Below, one piece after another: positions 21,610-31,348 of a DNA stretch of 32,000 bases. Origin of the DNA: Mucisphaera calidilacus. Its GTDB lineage: Bacteria; Planctomycetota; Phycisphaerae; Phycisphaerales; Phycisphaeraceae. The notes under the pieces are model-generated. The model had not been told where the DNA came from, searched no databases, and saw only the letters and a list, made by a program, of their open reading frames with translations. The stretch is from NCBI RefSeq assembly GCF_007748075.1, contig NZ_CP036280.1, forward strand, positions 300,001-332,000. The letters run 5' to 3'. Numbering within the stretch: position 1 is the first letter of the stretch; the number at the start of each line of letters is the position of its first letter. Made by a program: the position numbers and the translations under genes.

Positions 21610-23655
21610 TCAATCAGCCTTGGTCTGTCCCAGGTGAACGGTCACGGTCCCGTCGTCGTCTGCATCACGCTCGATCGAGGCGAGCAAACGGAACATCGCT
21701 CGCCAGTCATAAATACCACCAATGATGAACCATACCGTGCAGACCCCACCAACCGTGCCGATGAAGACCAGCTGGAACCACCACCAGTTGACCCAGCTCC
21801 GGTCTTCCCAAGGCGACCAGAGGTTCCATACCGTGAAGACGACAAAGGTGATGAAGAAGAAGAGCACGTAGGCCAGCTTCATGCCGTAAATCACCTTGTC
21901 CCCGAAGGTGAACTCGTCGGTGAAGCCCAGAGCTCGCCAGCCCCTGGCCGGCGGCGCGACGTGGTCGGCCCCTTCCAACGCCTCAGCCTGATACGCGCCT
22001 CGATGCAGGAGCTTGTCCATGTCCAGCTCGGGGTCTTCCGACACCAGCGAACCGATAATGTACGCTATCACCGCCGCCACCGACGCTACGAACGCCATCT
22101 GGATGCCATTCAGCCAGAATGTCTCGGGCAGCTCCTGGATCCAGCCTGTCTCGGTGAACGTGCTCTTGAGATAGGGCACCCCCTCCGGCCAGAACAGGTT
22201 CACGGTCAGTGCGCCGAGTGTCGCCACGCCGCAACCCACAAACATCGCCGACCACGCACCCGTCACCGTACCCCGTGGCCAGTAGAGCCCGCCGATGAGT
22301 ACGGCGCCTGCCCCGCCGGTGAAGATGGCACCGGTCACCGCGAAGTACATCGCGATGTACTCACGCAGCGGAAACACCATGCTGAAGCACCAGGCGAATA
22401 GGGCGATCCCGAAGATGCTCCATCGGAGTAGTCGCAGGTGGTGCTCGGGATCAAGCCGCGCATCGCGGCCTTGCCACAACTGATGAAAGGGTAGATAGAC
22501 GTCCTGCACGAAGATCGATCCCCAGGAATGCATGTACGTCGAGTCTGTGCTCAGCGCCGCCATCAGCATCACGGCCGCAAGCATCCCCATCAGACCGACC
22601 GGAAGGACCTCGGCGAGAGCAACCGTCGTGGTCATCTGCTTGGCGATCTGCGCGTCGCCGATGGCGTCTAAGGTTGCCTGGGCCGAGGCGGCGGCCGCTT
22701 CGTAAGCCGGTGCGTGCATGAGAACGTAGGCGCACACCGCCGCCATCGGGATCAGCATGAACGTCACCCCGGCCCGGAACTGGCCAAGAATGCCCGCCAT
22801 CTTCGCCTCGTGTGGCGACCGCGCCGAGCTGTTGTAGCCCTGGCTGCCCTGCCAGACCATGAACGTGTAGATGTACAGATAACCCTGGATGAAGAAGAAC
22901 ATCGGGTTGAAGTCCGGCAGCTCGCCTTGATCAAATGGATTAATCTTGCTCTCCCCCTTGGGCGCCTGCGCAAGCGTCTCAATGATCACCGACCACGGGA
23001 ACAGGTAGAGCATCACGCCCAGCAGGATCAGGAACACGATGTTGCTGGCTTGGGCCTGGATGAAGTCGCTCGCCATCACCGCGATCTGACCGCCGTTGAG
23101 CGTCACCACCAGCGCCATGCCGAGCACAACGCCCATCACGATCCCGAGTGTCAGGTTCAGCTCGAGGCCGATACCCGGCACCTCGACGATGTAATTAGGC
23201 AACCCCAGGAAGTAGATCAGGAACCGGCCGGTTACCGCGGGGAAGATGCCGTAATTCAAGACGCCCGCAACCCACGCCAAGGTACCCGCGAACACACGAA
23301 AACGACGGGAGTACCGGCGTTCTAGAAACTGTGCCAGCGTCAACGCTCTTGTTTCGCGGTACCGATAGATCACCCAGCCCGACAGCGCCAGGATCAGCCC
23401 GAGCGGGGCGAACATCGACCCCCAGTGAAGACCCGCGAAGCCGGCCTGATAGTACTGCTCCCACATCGCCACGATCGAGATCGCCCCCAGCCCCGCGATA
23501 CCACCTGCGAGCGTAAGCATATACCGCCCGGCACACCGATTGGCCGACAGAAAATCCGCCACGCTCCGCGTGTACCTCCGCGTGTACAAAGCAGAACCCA
23601 GAACCATGGCCATCATCCCAACGATGATCAGCAGATCGAGTGCGTGCAGATTCAA
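21610..23655 (-). CDS. Sodium:solute symporter (SSS) family transporter, 681 aa
   Basis: Polytopic membrane protein with an SSS-like N-terminus ('DLLIIVGMMAMVLGSALYTRRYTRSVADFLSANRCAGRYML'). It overlaps the upstream GH20-like gene by 4 nt, indicating one operon. Confidence 0.8.
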   Translation of the reverse strand: MNLHALDLLIIVGMMAMVLGSALYTRRYTRSVADFLSANRCAGRYMLTLAGGIAGLGAISIVAMWEQYYQAGFAGLHWGSMFAPLGLILALSGWVIYRYRETRALTLAQFLERRYSRRFRVFAGTLAWVAGVLNYGIFPAVTGRFLIYFLGLPNYIVEVPGIGLELNLTLGIVMGVVLGMALVVTLNGGQIAVMASDFIQAQASNIVFLILLGVMLYLFPWSVIIETLAQAPKGESKINPFDQGELPDFNPMFFFIQGYLYIYTFMVWQGSQGYNSSARSPHEAKMAGILGQFRAGVTFMLIPMAAVCAYVLMHAPAYEAAAASAQATLDAIGDAQIAKQMTTTVALAEVLPVGLMGMLAAVMLMAALSTDSTYMHSWGSIFVQDVYLPFHQLWQGRDARLDPEHHLRLLRWSIFGIALFAWCFSMVFPLREYIAMYFAVTGAIFTGGAGAVLIGGLYWPRGTVTGAWSAMFVGCGVATLGALTVNLFWPEGVPYLKSTFTETGWIQELPETFWLNGIQMAFVASVAAVIAYIIGSLVSEDPELDMDKLLHRGAYQAEALEGADHVAPPARGWRALGFTDEFTFGDKVIYGMKLAYVLFFFITFVVFTVWNLWSPWEDRSWVNWWWFQLVFIGTVGGVCTVWFIIGGIYDWRAMFRLLASIERDADDDGTVTVHLGQTKAD

Positions 23656-25085
23656 GCCTTGCTCCTCGAGGCTGACGCGACCGCTTCGCGGAGCAGGGTG
23701 GTGCCGCGGTCGAACGCGATCAGCAAGTGGTCATCGCGATCAAACGGGAACACGGGCTGCCACTTACGGGGATCGTCCGCGAACCGATCCTCATCCCAGC
23801 ACGCCGACAGTCGCTCTCCAAGCGACTCGCTGACGGCGAGTAGAGCAGCGTCTTCTCTTGCGATCTGCATCGCCGCAACCCGTTCCCAAACATGGGCGTG
23901 CAACTCGGCCACCAGCAACAGGGCTCGGCAACAGCGATCGTCAAGCCATCCATCCGGTCGGTCGTCCAGCAAAGCCTGGTAGATCCGGCGAGCTTGCTGA
24001 GCAGTTCTGTGCAGGTTTACATCATCGCGAAGCTCATTGATGTCCACCCTTAGCGCCGCCACCCAGGGATCACGCATCGGCATCACTTGGTGCAGCTCGC
24101 ATAGCGCGTTGACCCATCCGTTGGATACCGGAGAACCCAGACGAGCCTCAAAAAACCGAGTCAGCACGTCGGCCATCAATGCGTCAGGTCCCTCGATCAT
24201 CAATGCGGCTGCGTAAGCCGCAGAGGGCCACAACGAATCTGGAAAAAAACGCTGCGGGGTCCAGATCGTGGTGATGACACCTTTGGTCTGATACTCCCGG
24301 GCGTGCCTAGCGGTGTCCCGCAGGTTTTCAAGAGCGAACCTCTCCCCCGGCGCAAGCGGCTGGTCGTAGGAGATCATCGCCGGGCAGTTCACCACCTCAA
24401 ACCCATAACCCGTCAGCTTCGGTGTCGTCGCATCGGGCACCTTCGCCGTGTATTGCCAGTTGGCGATCAGGATATCCTTCGGTATCGCCTCCGCGATCAC
24501 GGGGTCCTTGAGCAGGTGGTCACCCCACATCATCATCCGCTTGCCATGCCGGGCCAGACGCCCGTGGACAAAACGGATGTAGTCCGCAAAGAGTTCACTG
24601 GACGACGACGATGCCAAAGCCTCCCGGGTCATCGGATGCGTGCCGAAATTCACTTCGTCCAGACCGACGTGCACCAGCGCGCTCTCGAACAGATCACAGA
24701 CCTCATCGATCAGGAGACCCACAACCTCGCGTGACCGCGGATGGACCGGGCAGAGCGAGGTGAATACCTCGTCGTTCTCCGAAAGCTCGGCCAGATCGGA
24801 TCGACTGCGGGTGATATAGCGTGTGTGACCCAGCGTCTCGAGTTCCGGGATCACCGCAACACCACGATCCCTCGCGTAAGCCAGCAACTCACGCAACTCC
24901 GGCTTGCTGTAGGCGTTGTTCGACGCCGCTTCCGGCAGCGAGTCGAATCTCAGAGAGCAGCCCTGATCGTCCGTGAAGTGCCAGAGCAGCGTGTCACACC
25001 CCGTCTCGGCCATATGGTCGATGAAACGTAGGTAGTAGCCACGGGATTCGAGCAATCGCGCGCTATCGAGCATGAAGCCGACCAT
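23652..25085 (-). CDS. GH20-type catalytic-domain protein (beta-N-acetylhexosaminidase-like) without signal peptide or N-terminal domain, plus a helical C-terminal extension
   Basis: 'GFMLDSARLLES...FIDHMAETGCDTLLWHFTDDQGCSLRF', 'VAVIPELETLGHTRY', 'LVHVGLDEVNFG' (the catalytic D-E pair context of GH20). Confidence 0.7.
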   Translation of the reverse strand: MVGFMLDSARLLESRGYYLRFIDHMAETGCDTLLWHFTDDQGCSLRFDSLPEAASNNAYSKPELRELLAYARDRGVAVIPELETLGHTRYITRSRSDLAELSENDEVFTSLCPVHPRSREVVGLLIDEVCDLFESALVHVGLDEVNFGTHPMTREALASSSSSELFADYIRFVHGRLARHGKRMMMWGDHLLKDPVIAEAIPKDILIANWQYTAKVPDATTPKLTGYGFEVVNCPAMISYDQPLAPGERFALENLRDTARHAREYQTKGVITTIWTPQRFFPDSLWPSAAYAAALMIEGPDALMADVLTRFFEARLGSPVSNGWVNALCELHQVMPMRDPWVAALRVDINELRDDVNLHRTAQQARRIYQALLDDRPDGWLDDRCCRALLLVAELHAHVWERVAAMQIAREDAALLAVSESLGERLSACWDEDRFADDPRKWQPVFPFDRDDHLLIAFDRGTTLLREAVASASRSKA

Positions 25086-25171
25086 AGAAGCTCACTCATG
25101 TCCAGCGACTGATGCAGAGGCGCCCAATCGCTCAAGGTGCGAAACTCTCTAGCGACACCCGTAGGCCAACT

Positions 25172-26152
25172 CTAATGGCGAGGGACGAACGGACGCTTCC
25201 CGTGCAGGTCACGCATGCCACGGTAACTGTGAGACAGCATCCCGCCAAAACCCGGCCTGTCTTTTAGTCGACGAACGACCTCATGATGCGTCGTCCAGAA
25301 AGCCTCTGAACCCATACCATGGAACGTGATCTGCGGGGTGTCGGCCAACTCGATCGTCTCGAGCGACGCCAGGACGAACTTGCCGATCTCCTCCGCGTAC
25401 ACAAGCTCGTTCTCAATCACAGAGACAACGCTGTTCTGACCCACCGCTCGCCGGCGATACGACATGATCCCGATGTAGTCGCAGATGTCCTGAATGTGTT
25501 GGTGCAGATTCTTGGTCTCACCGCGATAGGTGATAATGCAGCTGTCACCCAATTCAATCTTGCTATCGTACCAGAAAGGGATGTCAGCGGCAAGAGTCAG
25601 GTTCTGCTGCGACGCCTCGATTCGAGCTCTGGCCTGATCGTAGTAGGCAAGGAGATCCAGCATGATCTGATCACGGCTGGCCTGGCTCTCCCGCCACGCC
25701 GGCTTGATATACGGCTCTATGTCGTAATGCACCCCCGCCAGCCTCGATCCCTCAGGTAACGACGCGTTGAAATCAAGGATCAGGTCGAGGATCGCAAACG
25801 TCCTCGGCCAGTTACGCCGCATGGCCATGTCCTTGTCACCGTCCAGAGCCTCGACCGAGACACCCAGCGCGGACGCTTCGATGATCAGCCTGCGAAACGC
25901 GTCCGGATACGCCAACTCGGGCTTCCCGCTCGATTCATCAAGGTGCACCTGCACCATCAGGAGGTTGTAACCATGCTGCCGCGCGAAGGCGAGCATCTCG
26001 GCACGGTAGTCATCATCCACGTACCACTCAGAGTGCCAGACCCAAAGACCCTGAATCGGTCGTTCCACGGGCTCAGCCCTCGTTTGGGATACCGGCAGGA
26101 ACGCGGCCATGAGTAGCAGGGGCAGCATGATTGGTAGAAGCGATCTATTCAT
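25172..26152 (-). CDS. Secreted protein, TIM-barrel glycoside-hydrolase-like (family not assigned)
   Basis: Signal peptide 'MNRSLLPIMLPLLLMAAFLPVSQTRA' from ATG 26152; the track start at 26212 adds 20 aa. 'IQGLWVWHSEWY...FARQHGYNLLMVQVH' resembles the first strands of GH-like TIM barrels. The functional call is weak. Confidence 0.5.
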   Translation of the reverse strand: MNRSLLPIMLPLLLMAAFLPVSQTRAEPVERPIQGLWVWHSEWYVDDDYRAEMLAFARQHGYNLLMVQVHLDESSGKPELAYPDAFRRLIIEASALGVSVEALDGDKDMAMRRNWPRTFAILDLILDFNASLPEGSRLAGVHYDIEPYIKPAWRESQASRDQIMLDLLAYYDQARARIEASQQNLTLAADIPFWYDSKIELGDSCIITYRGETKNLHQHIQDICDYIGIMSYRRRAVGQNSVVSVIENELVYAEEIGKFVLASLETIELADTPQITFHGMGSEAFWTTHHEVVRRLKDRPGFGGMLSHSYRGMRDLHGKRPFVPRH

Positions 26153-26431
26153 CGTTAGCAGGCTAGCGACATGCGAGGCGAGCGCCAAGAGAATTCTCAT
26201 TAAATGATTCAATTATCCTCCGCAGCGTATCTCATGCGTGAGCAACCCTTTGACGCAACTGTGAGCAAGCGATCCGAGCCCCCGCATTCCATTCTTTCAT
26301 TGACTTGGGTAATGACCGCGTTACCTTGATGAACAGTCCGATCGGAATTTTGCGTCTGGCACGGGACACCAAAACCCGAAAGAACGACAGCACCTGGTCT
26401 TACCAACAGGCGACGCACCTTGAAGAGCAGC

Positions 26432-27562
26432 ATGCAGGGACTTAAAAAGATCAACCAAGCCTCGGCCGCCGCGATGAATCGCGCGCTCGTCCTCGGCCTG
26501 ATCCGTGAGTCTGGCCCACTGTCTCGTCGCCAGCTCACCGAAAAAACCAGTCTCCGAAGCTCCAGCGTCACCTACATCACACGCGACCTGATCGAAGCAC
26601 AGATCATCCACGAGCGTGGAAAACTCGACAGCAACAGCGTCGGGAAGAAACAGGTCCTGCTCGACATCAACCCCGACTTCGGTTGGGTCATCGGCATCGG
26701 GATCGATGGCGACTGGATGTCCCTAGTGATGCTTGACGCTCAGGGCTGCGTGATCGACCGCGACCATGTCGCCATGCTCGAACCCTTCGAACTGCTCCCC
26801 GAACGCCTCAAGCAACGCATCGACAGCTGGATCGACAGACGAGGACAGCCCGCCGGCGAACTCCTCGGTATCGGTATCGGGATGCCTGGGGTCATCGACC
26901 CCGACCGCGGGATCGCACTCCGCTCTGTGCCATTCCGCCTCACCAGCTGGCCCCTAGCCGAGCGTTTCAACCAACGCTTCAACGTGCCCGTCACGGTCGA
27001 CAACGACTCCAATTTCGCCGCGCTGGCCGAAGCCAGACAAGGGCACGGCAAAGACGCAGGTGACTTCCTCTATTTTCTGATCAACGCCAAGGAAGACGGG
27101 GATCGCTACACGCTCCAGGGACTCGGGTCCTCCCTTTTTCTCAATGGGCAGCTCTACCGCGGCGCCCACTTTGCTGCCGGTGAGATCGACAAGCTCATCC
27201 AGAATGGCGAGATCGAAAGCCTCTCCGCCAAGCAAATCCTTGCCCTGGGTTCGCCCGATGGCCAACTCGATTCAGGCCTCAAGCGAGCACTCAACCAGCT
27301 CGGCCTCATCCTCGTCGCCACGACCGACCTGCTGGACCTCCCGGCCGTGCTCCTCGGCGGCAACATCAACATCACCAATCCCACCGCGATCGAGTACCTC
27401 CAGGAACGGATCAACCGTGAGATCGTGCCCGTGCCCGATCGCCACGTCACGGTTTACCCTTCACGCCTGATCGAGCAAGGCGTATCAACAGGGGCCGCCA
27501 TCGCAGCCACCGAAGCCGCTTTCCGACAGAGCAGCCAGGTGATGCCCGTGGTCAAGAACTAA
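26432..27562 (+). CDS. ROK-family transcriptional regulator (NagC/Mlc-like: wHTH + ROK sugar-kinase fold), lacking the Zn-binding Cys motif
   Basis: wHTH 'NRALVLGLIRESGPLSRRQLTEKTSLRSSSVTYITRDLIEAQII'. ROK core 'GIGIGMPGVID', 'VTVDNDSNFAALAE', 'RGAHFAAGEI'. The track start is TTG 26420; ATG 26432 is preferred. Confidence 0.8.
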   Translation: MQGLKKINQASAAAMNRALVLGLIRESGPLSRRQLTEKTSLRSSSVTYITRDLIEAQIIHERGKLDSNSVGKKQVLLDINPDFGWVIGIGIDGDWMSLVMLDAQGCVIDRDHVAMLEPFELLPERLKQRIDSWIDRRGQPAGELLGIGIGMPGVIDPDRGIALRSVPFRLTSWPLAERFNQRFNVPVTVDNDSNFAALAEARQGHGKDAGDFLYFLINAKEDGDRYTLQGLGSSLFLNGQLYRGAHFAAGEIDKLIQNGEIESLSAKQILALGSPDGQLDSGLKRALNQLGLILVATTDLLDLPAVLLGGNINITNPTAIEYLQERINREIVPVPDRHVTVYPSRLIEQGVSTGAAIAATEAAFRQSSQVMPVVKN

Positions 27563-27565
27563 GAC

Positions 27566-29116
27566 GTGCGGATGATGACCCCCTACCTGCCGATCGTCCC
27601 GCAAGTCGCATCGTTCCGCCCGGAACACGGCCGGTGCCTCCTGTCGAGGGGGCTGCAATGGTCAACACCCTCCACCGCAAGCCTCCCGCTAGCGCTGTCT
27701 GACCAGATCGACAACTGGCTCACCCGCGTCAAACCCTCGAGCACACCAGACAACAGCATCAAGCTCCGATTCCAGCGATGCGACAACGCCACCAAGAACG
27801 GAAGCGACCTGCCCGATGAGTCCTACCGACTCACAATCGAGCAGCACACGATCACCGCCGAGGCCGCCAGCGAAGCCGGGTGGTTCTACGCCTTCCAGAG
27901 CCTGAAGCAGGCCGTCGATGCCGTCTGGCATCAACCCCACCCCAGCCTGCCCGTGGGAACCGTCGAAGACTACCCGCGCTTCCCATGGCGTGGGGCCATG
28001 CTTGATTCCGCCCGGCACATCCAGTCCGTCGACTGGATCAAGGGGTTTCTTGACCGCATGGCGTCGCTCAAACTCAACCGCTTCCACTGGCACCTCTCCG
28101 ATGATGAGGGCTGGCGCGCCGAGATCCGCAGCCATCCACAACTCACCGACATCGGTGCCTGGCGAGCCCAAGGCAACACGCGATACGGGGGCTACTTCAC
28201 CCAGAACCAGATGCATGACATCGTCGCCTACGCAAGAGACCGCCACATACAGGTCATCCCCGAGATCGAGATGCCCGGCCACTGCAACGCCGCCCTCGCC
28301 GCCAACCCTCAACTCGCCTGCACCAACGAGACCATAACCATCCTCTCACCGCTCGAACGACTGCCCATGAGCCAGCGTCCCGATCGCCGCGCCTTCTGCG
28401 CGGCCAACGAGGGCGTCTACCAACTCATCGCTGACGTCCTCTCCGAACTCGCCGACGTCTTCGACGCGCCCTACCTGCACATCGGCGGCGATGAGACACC
28501 CCGAAACACCTGGGAGCAGTGCCCACGCTGCCAACGGCTCATGCAGCAAGAGGGTTACGCCACCACCGATGAACTCCGCACCCACTTCCTCCGCAGAGTC
28601 CACGAGATCGCCCTTACAAAGCTCAACCGCACCACCATCGCATGGACCGAGAAGGTCCGCGACGACCTGCCCGATGAACAACTCACCCACGCATGGTTCC
28701 CGGGAGAAGCCGCAGCGGCAGCACGACTGGGACGAACCACCATCAACTCAAACCACGAGTGGACCTACCTCGATTATCCGAGCAACACCTCCGAGGCACG
28801 CGACCGACCCGACTGGATGATCATCCTGCCCATCGAGAAAATCTATCATTTCGACCCCCTCCCCGAAGGCCTTGAAGAGAAATTGCACCGACTCATCCTC
28901 GGCAGCGAGGCCCCGATCTGGACCGAGTACACACCCGACGAGGCCTCCCTCGACCAGCAGATCATGCCGCGTCTTGCCGCGTTCGCCGAGGCCCTCTGGT
29001 CACCCCGATTGGGACGCTCCTACGACGGCTTTCTGCTCCGCTGGGACGCCATCAACAGGCGCCCAGAACCCGCCCACCCGAGTCAGCCCGCCGCTCCCGC
29101 CACCACCTCCATCTGA
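27566..29116 (+). CDS. GH20 beta-N-acetylhexosaminidase (N-terminal domain + catalytic TIM barrel), no signal peptide
   Basis: 'RGAMLDSARHIQSVDWIKGFLDRMASLKLNRFHWHLSDDEGWRAEI', 'IQVIPEIEMPGHCNAAL', 'YLHIGGDETP' (catalytic D-E). It starts 4 nt after the ROK gene stop. Confidence 0.9.
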   Translation: MRMMTPYLPIVPQVASFRPEHGRCLLSRGLQWSTPSTASLPLALSDQIDNWLTRVKPSSTPDNSIKLRFQRCDNATKNGSDLPDESYRLTIEQHTITAEAASEAGWFYAFQSLKQAVDAVWHQPHPSLPVGTVEDYPRFPWRGAMLDSARHIQSVDWIKGFLDRMASLKLNRFHWHLSDDEGWRAEIRSHPQLTDIGAWRAQGNTRYGGYFTQNQMHDIVAYARDRHIQVIPEIEMPGHCNAALAANPQLACTNETITILSPLERLPMSQRPDRRAFCAANEGVYQLIADVLSELADVFDAPYLHIGGDETPRNTWEQCPRCQRLMQQEGYATTDELRTHFLRRVHEIALTKLNRTTIAWTEKVRDDLPDEQLTHAWFPGEAAAAARLGRTTINSNHEWTYLDYPSNTSEARDRPDWMIILPIEKIYHFDPLPEGLEEKLHRLILGSEAPIWTEYTPDEASLDQQIMPRLAAFAEALWSPRLGRSYDGFLLRWDAINRRPEPAHPSQPAAPATTSI

Positions 29117-29280
29117 AACTGCTCCGACGCAGGCTGGCCCATTCACGCAGACGTGGGTCTTGCCGCTAAATCGCGTTTCTTTAAGTTTAATATCTACATA
29201 TCCATAACTTATGGCTTTCACCACGCCTCATGAGCGCGTCACAAATTCTGGGGTTATTTATTATCTTTTCGAGTGAACTA

Positions 29281-29308
29281 TTGACAACGCCGCTCTTCGC
29301 CTTATTCT
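29281..29308 (+). promoter_or_regulatory. Candidate sigma70-type promoter for the DUF1559 gene
   Basis: TTGACA (29281-29286), 16-nt spacer, TATTCT (29303-29308), within an AT-rich intergenic stretch ~70 nt upstream of ATG 29377. Promoter rules for this phylum are poorly known. Confidence 0.3.
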
Positions 29309-29376
29309 CACAATGGTCGAGAACTCACACGCCTGCTCCACGCGACTCGCAAGAACGTGCACCGAAGGAACCCGCC

Positions 29377-30168
29377 ATGCGCCAATCACAAGGTTTCACA
29401 CTGATCGAACTGCTGGTCGTCATCTCGATCATCGCACTACTCATCGGCATCCTCCTCCCCGCCTTGGGGGCCGCCCGCGGATCAGCCAGACAGATGAAGT
29501 GCCTCAGCAACCAACGCCAGGTCGGCGTCGTTCTTCGTGTATACGCAATGGACTACGACAACGTCCTGCTGGCTCCGATCGGCCTGCCCAGCCAACCACC
29601 CGCCCCCATACTCAGATGGTCATGGTTCCTCCAGCAGACTGATTACATCAGCGACAACGAGGCATCGATGGTCTTCTGTCCTGCCGATACCTCCGAATTG
29701 CACCCCGATGAGGTCGCCAAAGGCACCACACGCAGCGAACTCGGAGGCAGCTTCTTCTACAACGGCGACCTCTACCAAAACCGCAATCTTGATACAAACA
29801 GCGCACCGATTCCCGGTTTCGACAATAGCGCGTTGACCGTCAAAATCCCCAATGGCGGCTCGTTCGATGACCTGCGTAGCAGCTCTCAGTACGCCAACTT
29901 GTGGGACGGCGCTTTCCCGCTGATACACATCAACACAGGTGGTTGGCGCCCACAACGTTTTACGTACGCATCACCGCTTCCAGAGACCCCCTACCAGCCA
30001 GCTCGCGACAACGCATTGCCCGATCCCGAGCGACACCGCGGGTCAGGCGACTTCCTCTTCGCTGATGGCCACGCAGCGTCCTATCAGCCCGAGGACATCA
30101 CCGATAAATACATCCGCTGGGACAACGTAGACAGTGACATCGTGAATGGTGTCACCGGGCCCCAGTAA
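29377..30168 (+). CDS. DUF1559 / prepilin-type N-terminal cleavage-methylation domain protein
   Basis: '[48 protein letters not shown]' is a type IV pilin-like leader plus the DUF1559 signature. The C-terminus '[12 protein letters not shown]' is typical of this family. The 49 upstream codons in the track cross the AT-rich promoter region. Confidence 0.85.
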   Translation: MRQSQGFTLIELLVVISIIALLIGILLPALGAARGSARQMKCLSNQRQVGVVLRVYAMDYDNVLLAPIGLPSQPPAPILRWSWFLQQTDYISDNEASMVFCPADTSELHPDEVAKGTTRSELGGSFFYNGDLYQNRNLDTNSAPIPGFDNSALTVKIPNGGSFDDLRSSSQYANLWDGAFPLIHINTGGWRPQRFTYASPLPETPYQPARDNALPDPERHRGSGDFLFADGHAASYQPEDITDKYIRWDNVDSDIVNGVTGPQ

Positions 30169-30185
30169 CCGCTTAATCACCCACC

Positions 30186-31328
30186 ATGAATACGCCCCAG
30201 GGCAAAGCCAACCACTCGAGCACCGCGATCCATAATCGCCGGCTCACCATCCAGCTCCTCCGGGAGTACGGGCAGCTGTCCCGCAGGCAACTCGGTGAAC
30301 TCACCGGCCTACGCAGCTCGACCCTCACCTACATCATGCGCGACCTCCTTGAACACGAGGTCGTGCGCACCGTCGGCAAACGCGCTTCCAAGTCCGTCGG
30401 AAAGAAACAGGTCCTCCTCGAAATCAACCCCCACGTCGGTTGGTCCGTCGGTATCGGCGTCGATACCGAAGCCCTCCTCGTCGTCGTCATGGACGCAGCC
30501 GGTGATGTCACCTCCAAAGACCGCATCACCTGCGACACCCGCGCCGATAGGGTCGAAGACCGCCTCGCCGAGCTTGTCCAGAGCCTCTGCAATAACGATC
30601 GACCCGCCGACCGACTCCTGGGGGTCGGCCTGGGTATCCCCGGTGTCGTAAACCCCGACGAAGGGCTCATCCTCCAGTCCACCATGCTCAGGCGCAAGAT
30701 GTTCCCCATCGGCAGCCTCCTCGCCGCCCGGATCGACGCACCCGTGCACGTCGACAACGATGTCAACTGCGCCGCCATCGCCGAAGCACGCGACGGCCAC
30801 GGCACCGACCTCAACAGCTTCGTCTTCTTTATCATCAATGCCATCGAGAGTGGCGACCGCTTCGCGCTCGCGGGTGTCGGTTCCGCCCTCTACCTCGCCG
30901 GCAAGATGTACCGCGGAAGGCACTTCGCCTCCGGCGAGATCGATGCGCTGCTCGACAACGACCCGCTCGAACGTGTGACCGCCGGCCAACTCCTCCAGCT
31001 CGCCGATCACGCCGCTCCTCTCACCCCCGAACTCGAGGCCATCGCAGCCCGGCTCGCACGCACCATGGCCATCGTTGTCGACCTCATCGACCCCCAGGCA
31101 CTCATCATCGGTGGCAACGTTGACCTCGCCAACCAGGCCGTCATCCAACGCATCGCCGAGTCCATCAACACCGACATCATCCCGATCCAAGGCCGACAGA
31201 TCGTGGTCCGCGGATCACGCTACACCACCCACGGCGTGCCCGTTGGCGCATCGTGTCGTGTCCTCGACGCCGTCATGCTCGGCATCGGCCATCACATGCC
31301 CAGCGACCGCTTGTTCATGCCACGCTAG
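30186..31328 (+). CDS. Second ROK-family regulator, paralog of 26432-27562, also without the Cys motif
   Basis: 'NRRLTIQLLREYGQLSRRQLGELTGLRSSTLTYIMRDLLEHEVV', 'GVGLGIPGVVNP', 'VHVDNDVNCAAIAEA', 'RGRHFASGEI'. The track gives both ROK ORFs as 380 aa, and the two are colinear throughout. Confidence 0.8.
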   Translation: MNTPQGKANHSSTAIHNRRLTIQLLREYGQLSRRQLGELTGLRSSTLTYIMRDLLEHEVVRTVGKRASKSVGKKQVLLEINPHVGWSVGIGVDTEALLVVVMDAAGDVTSKDRITCDTRADRVEDRLAELVQSLCNNDRPADRLLGVGLGIPGVVNPDEGLILQSTMLRRKMFPIGSLLAARIDAPVHVDNDVNCAAIAEARDGHGTDLNSFVFFIINAIESGDRFALAGVGSALYLAGKMYRGRHFASGEIDALLDNDPLERVTAGQLLQLADHAAPLTPELEAIAARLARTMAIVVDLIDPQALIIGGNVDLANQAVIQRIAESINTDIIPIQGRQIVVRGSRYTTHGVPVGASCRVLDAVMLGIGHHMPSDRLFMPR

Positions 31329-31348
31329 GGCATCGTCGAGGAATCCCG

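Noticed and set aside
29230-29376. 49-codon upstream extension of the DUF1559 ORF
   Set aside because: The pilin-type leader must be N-terminal ('[13 protein letters not shown]'). The extension crosses the AT-rich promoter-like region, and an SD (gaaggaa) directly precedes ATG 29377.
30309-31190. 293-aa minus-strand ORF opposite the second ROK gene; likewise 27689-28312 (-) opposite GH20 and 21634-22401 (+) opposite the SSS transporter
   Set aside because: These are antisense high-GC shadows with Asp/Gly/Val or Arg/His-rich composition. The opposite frames carry clear family motifs.
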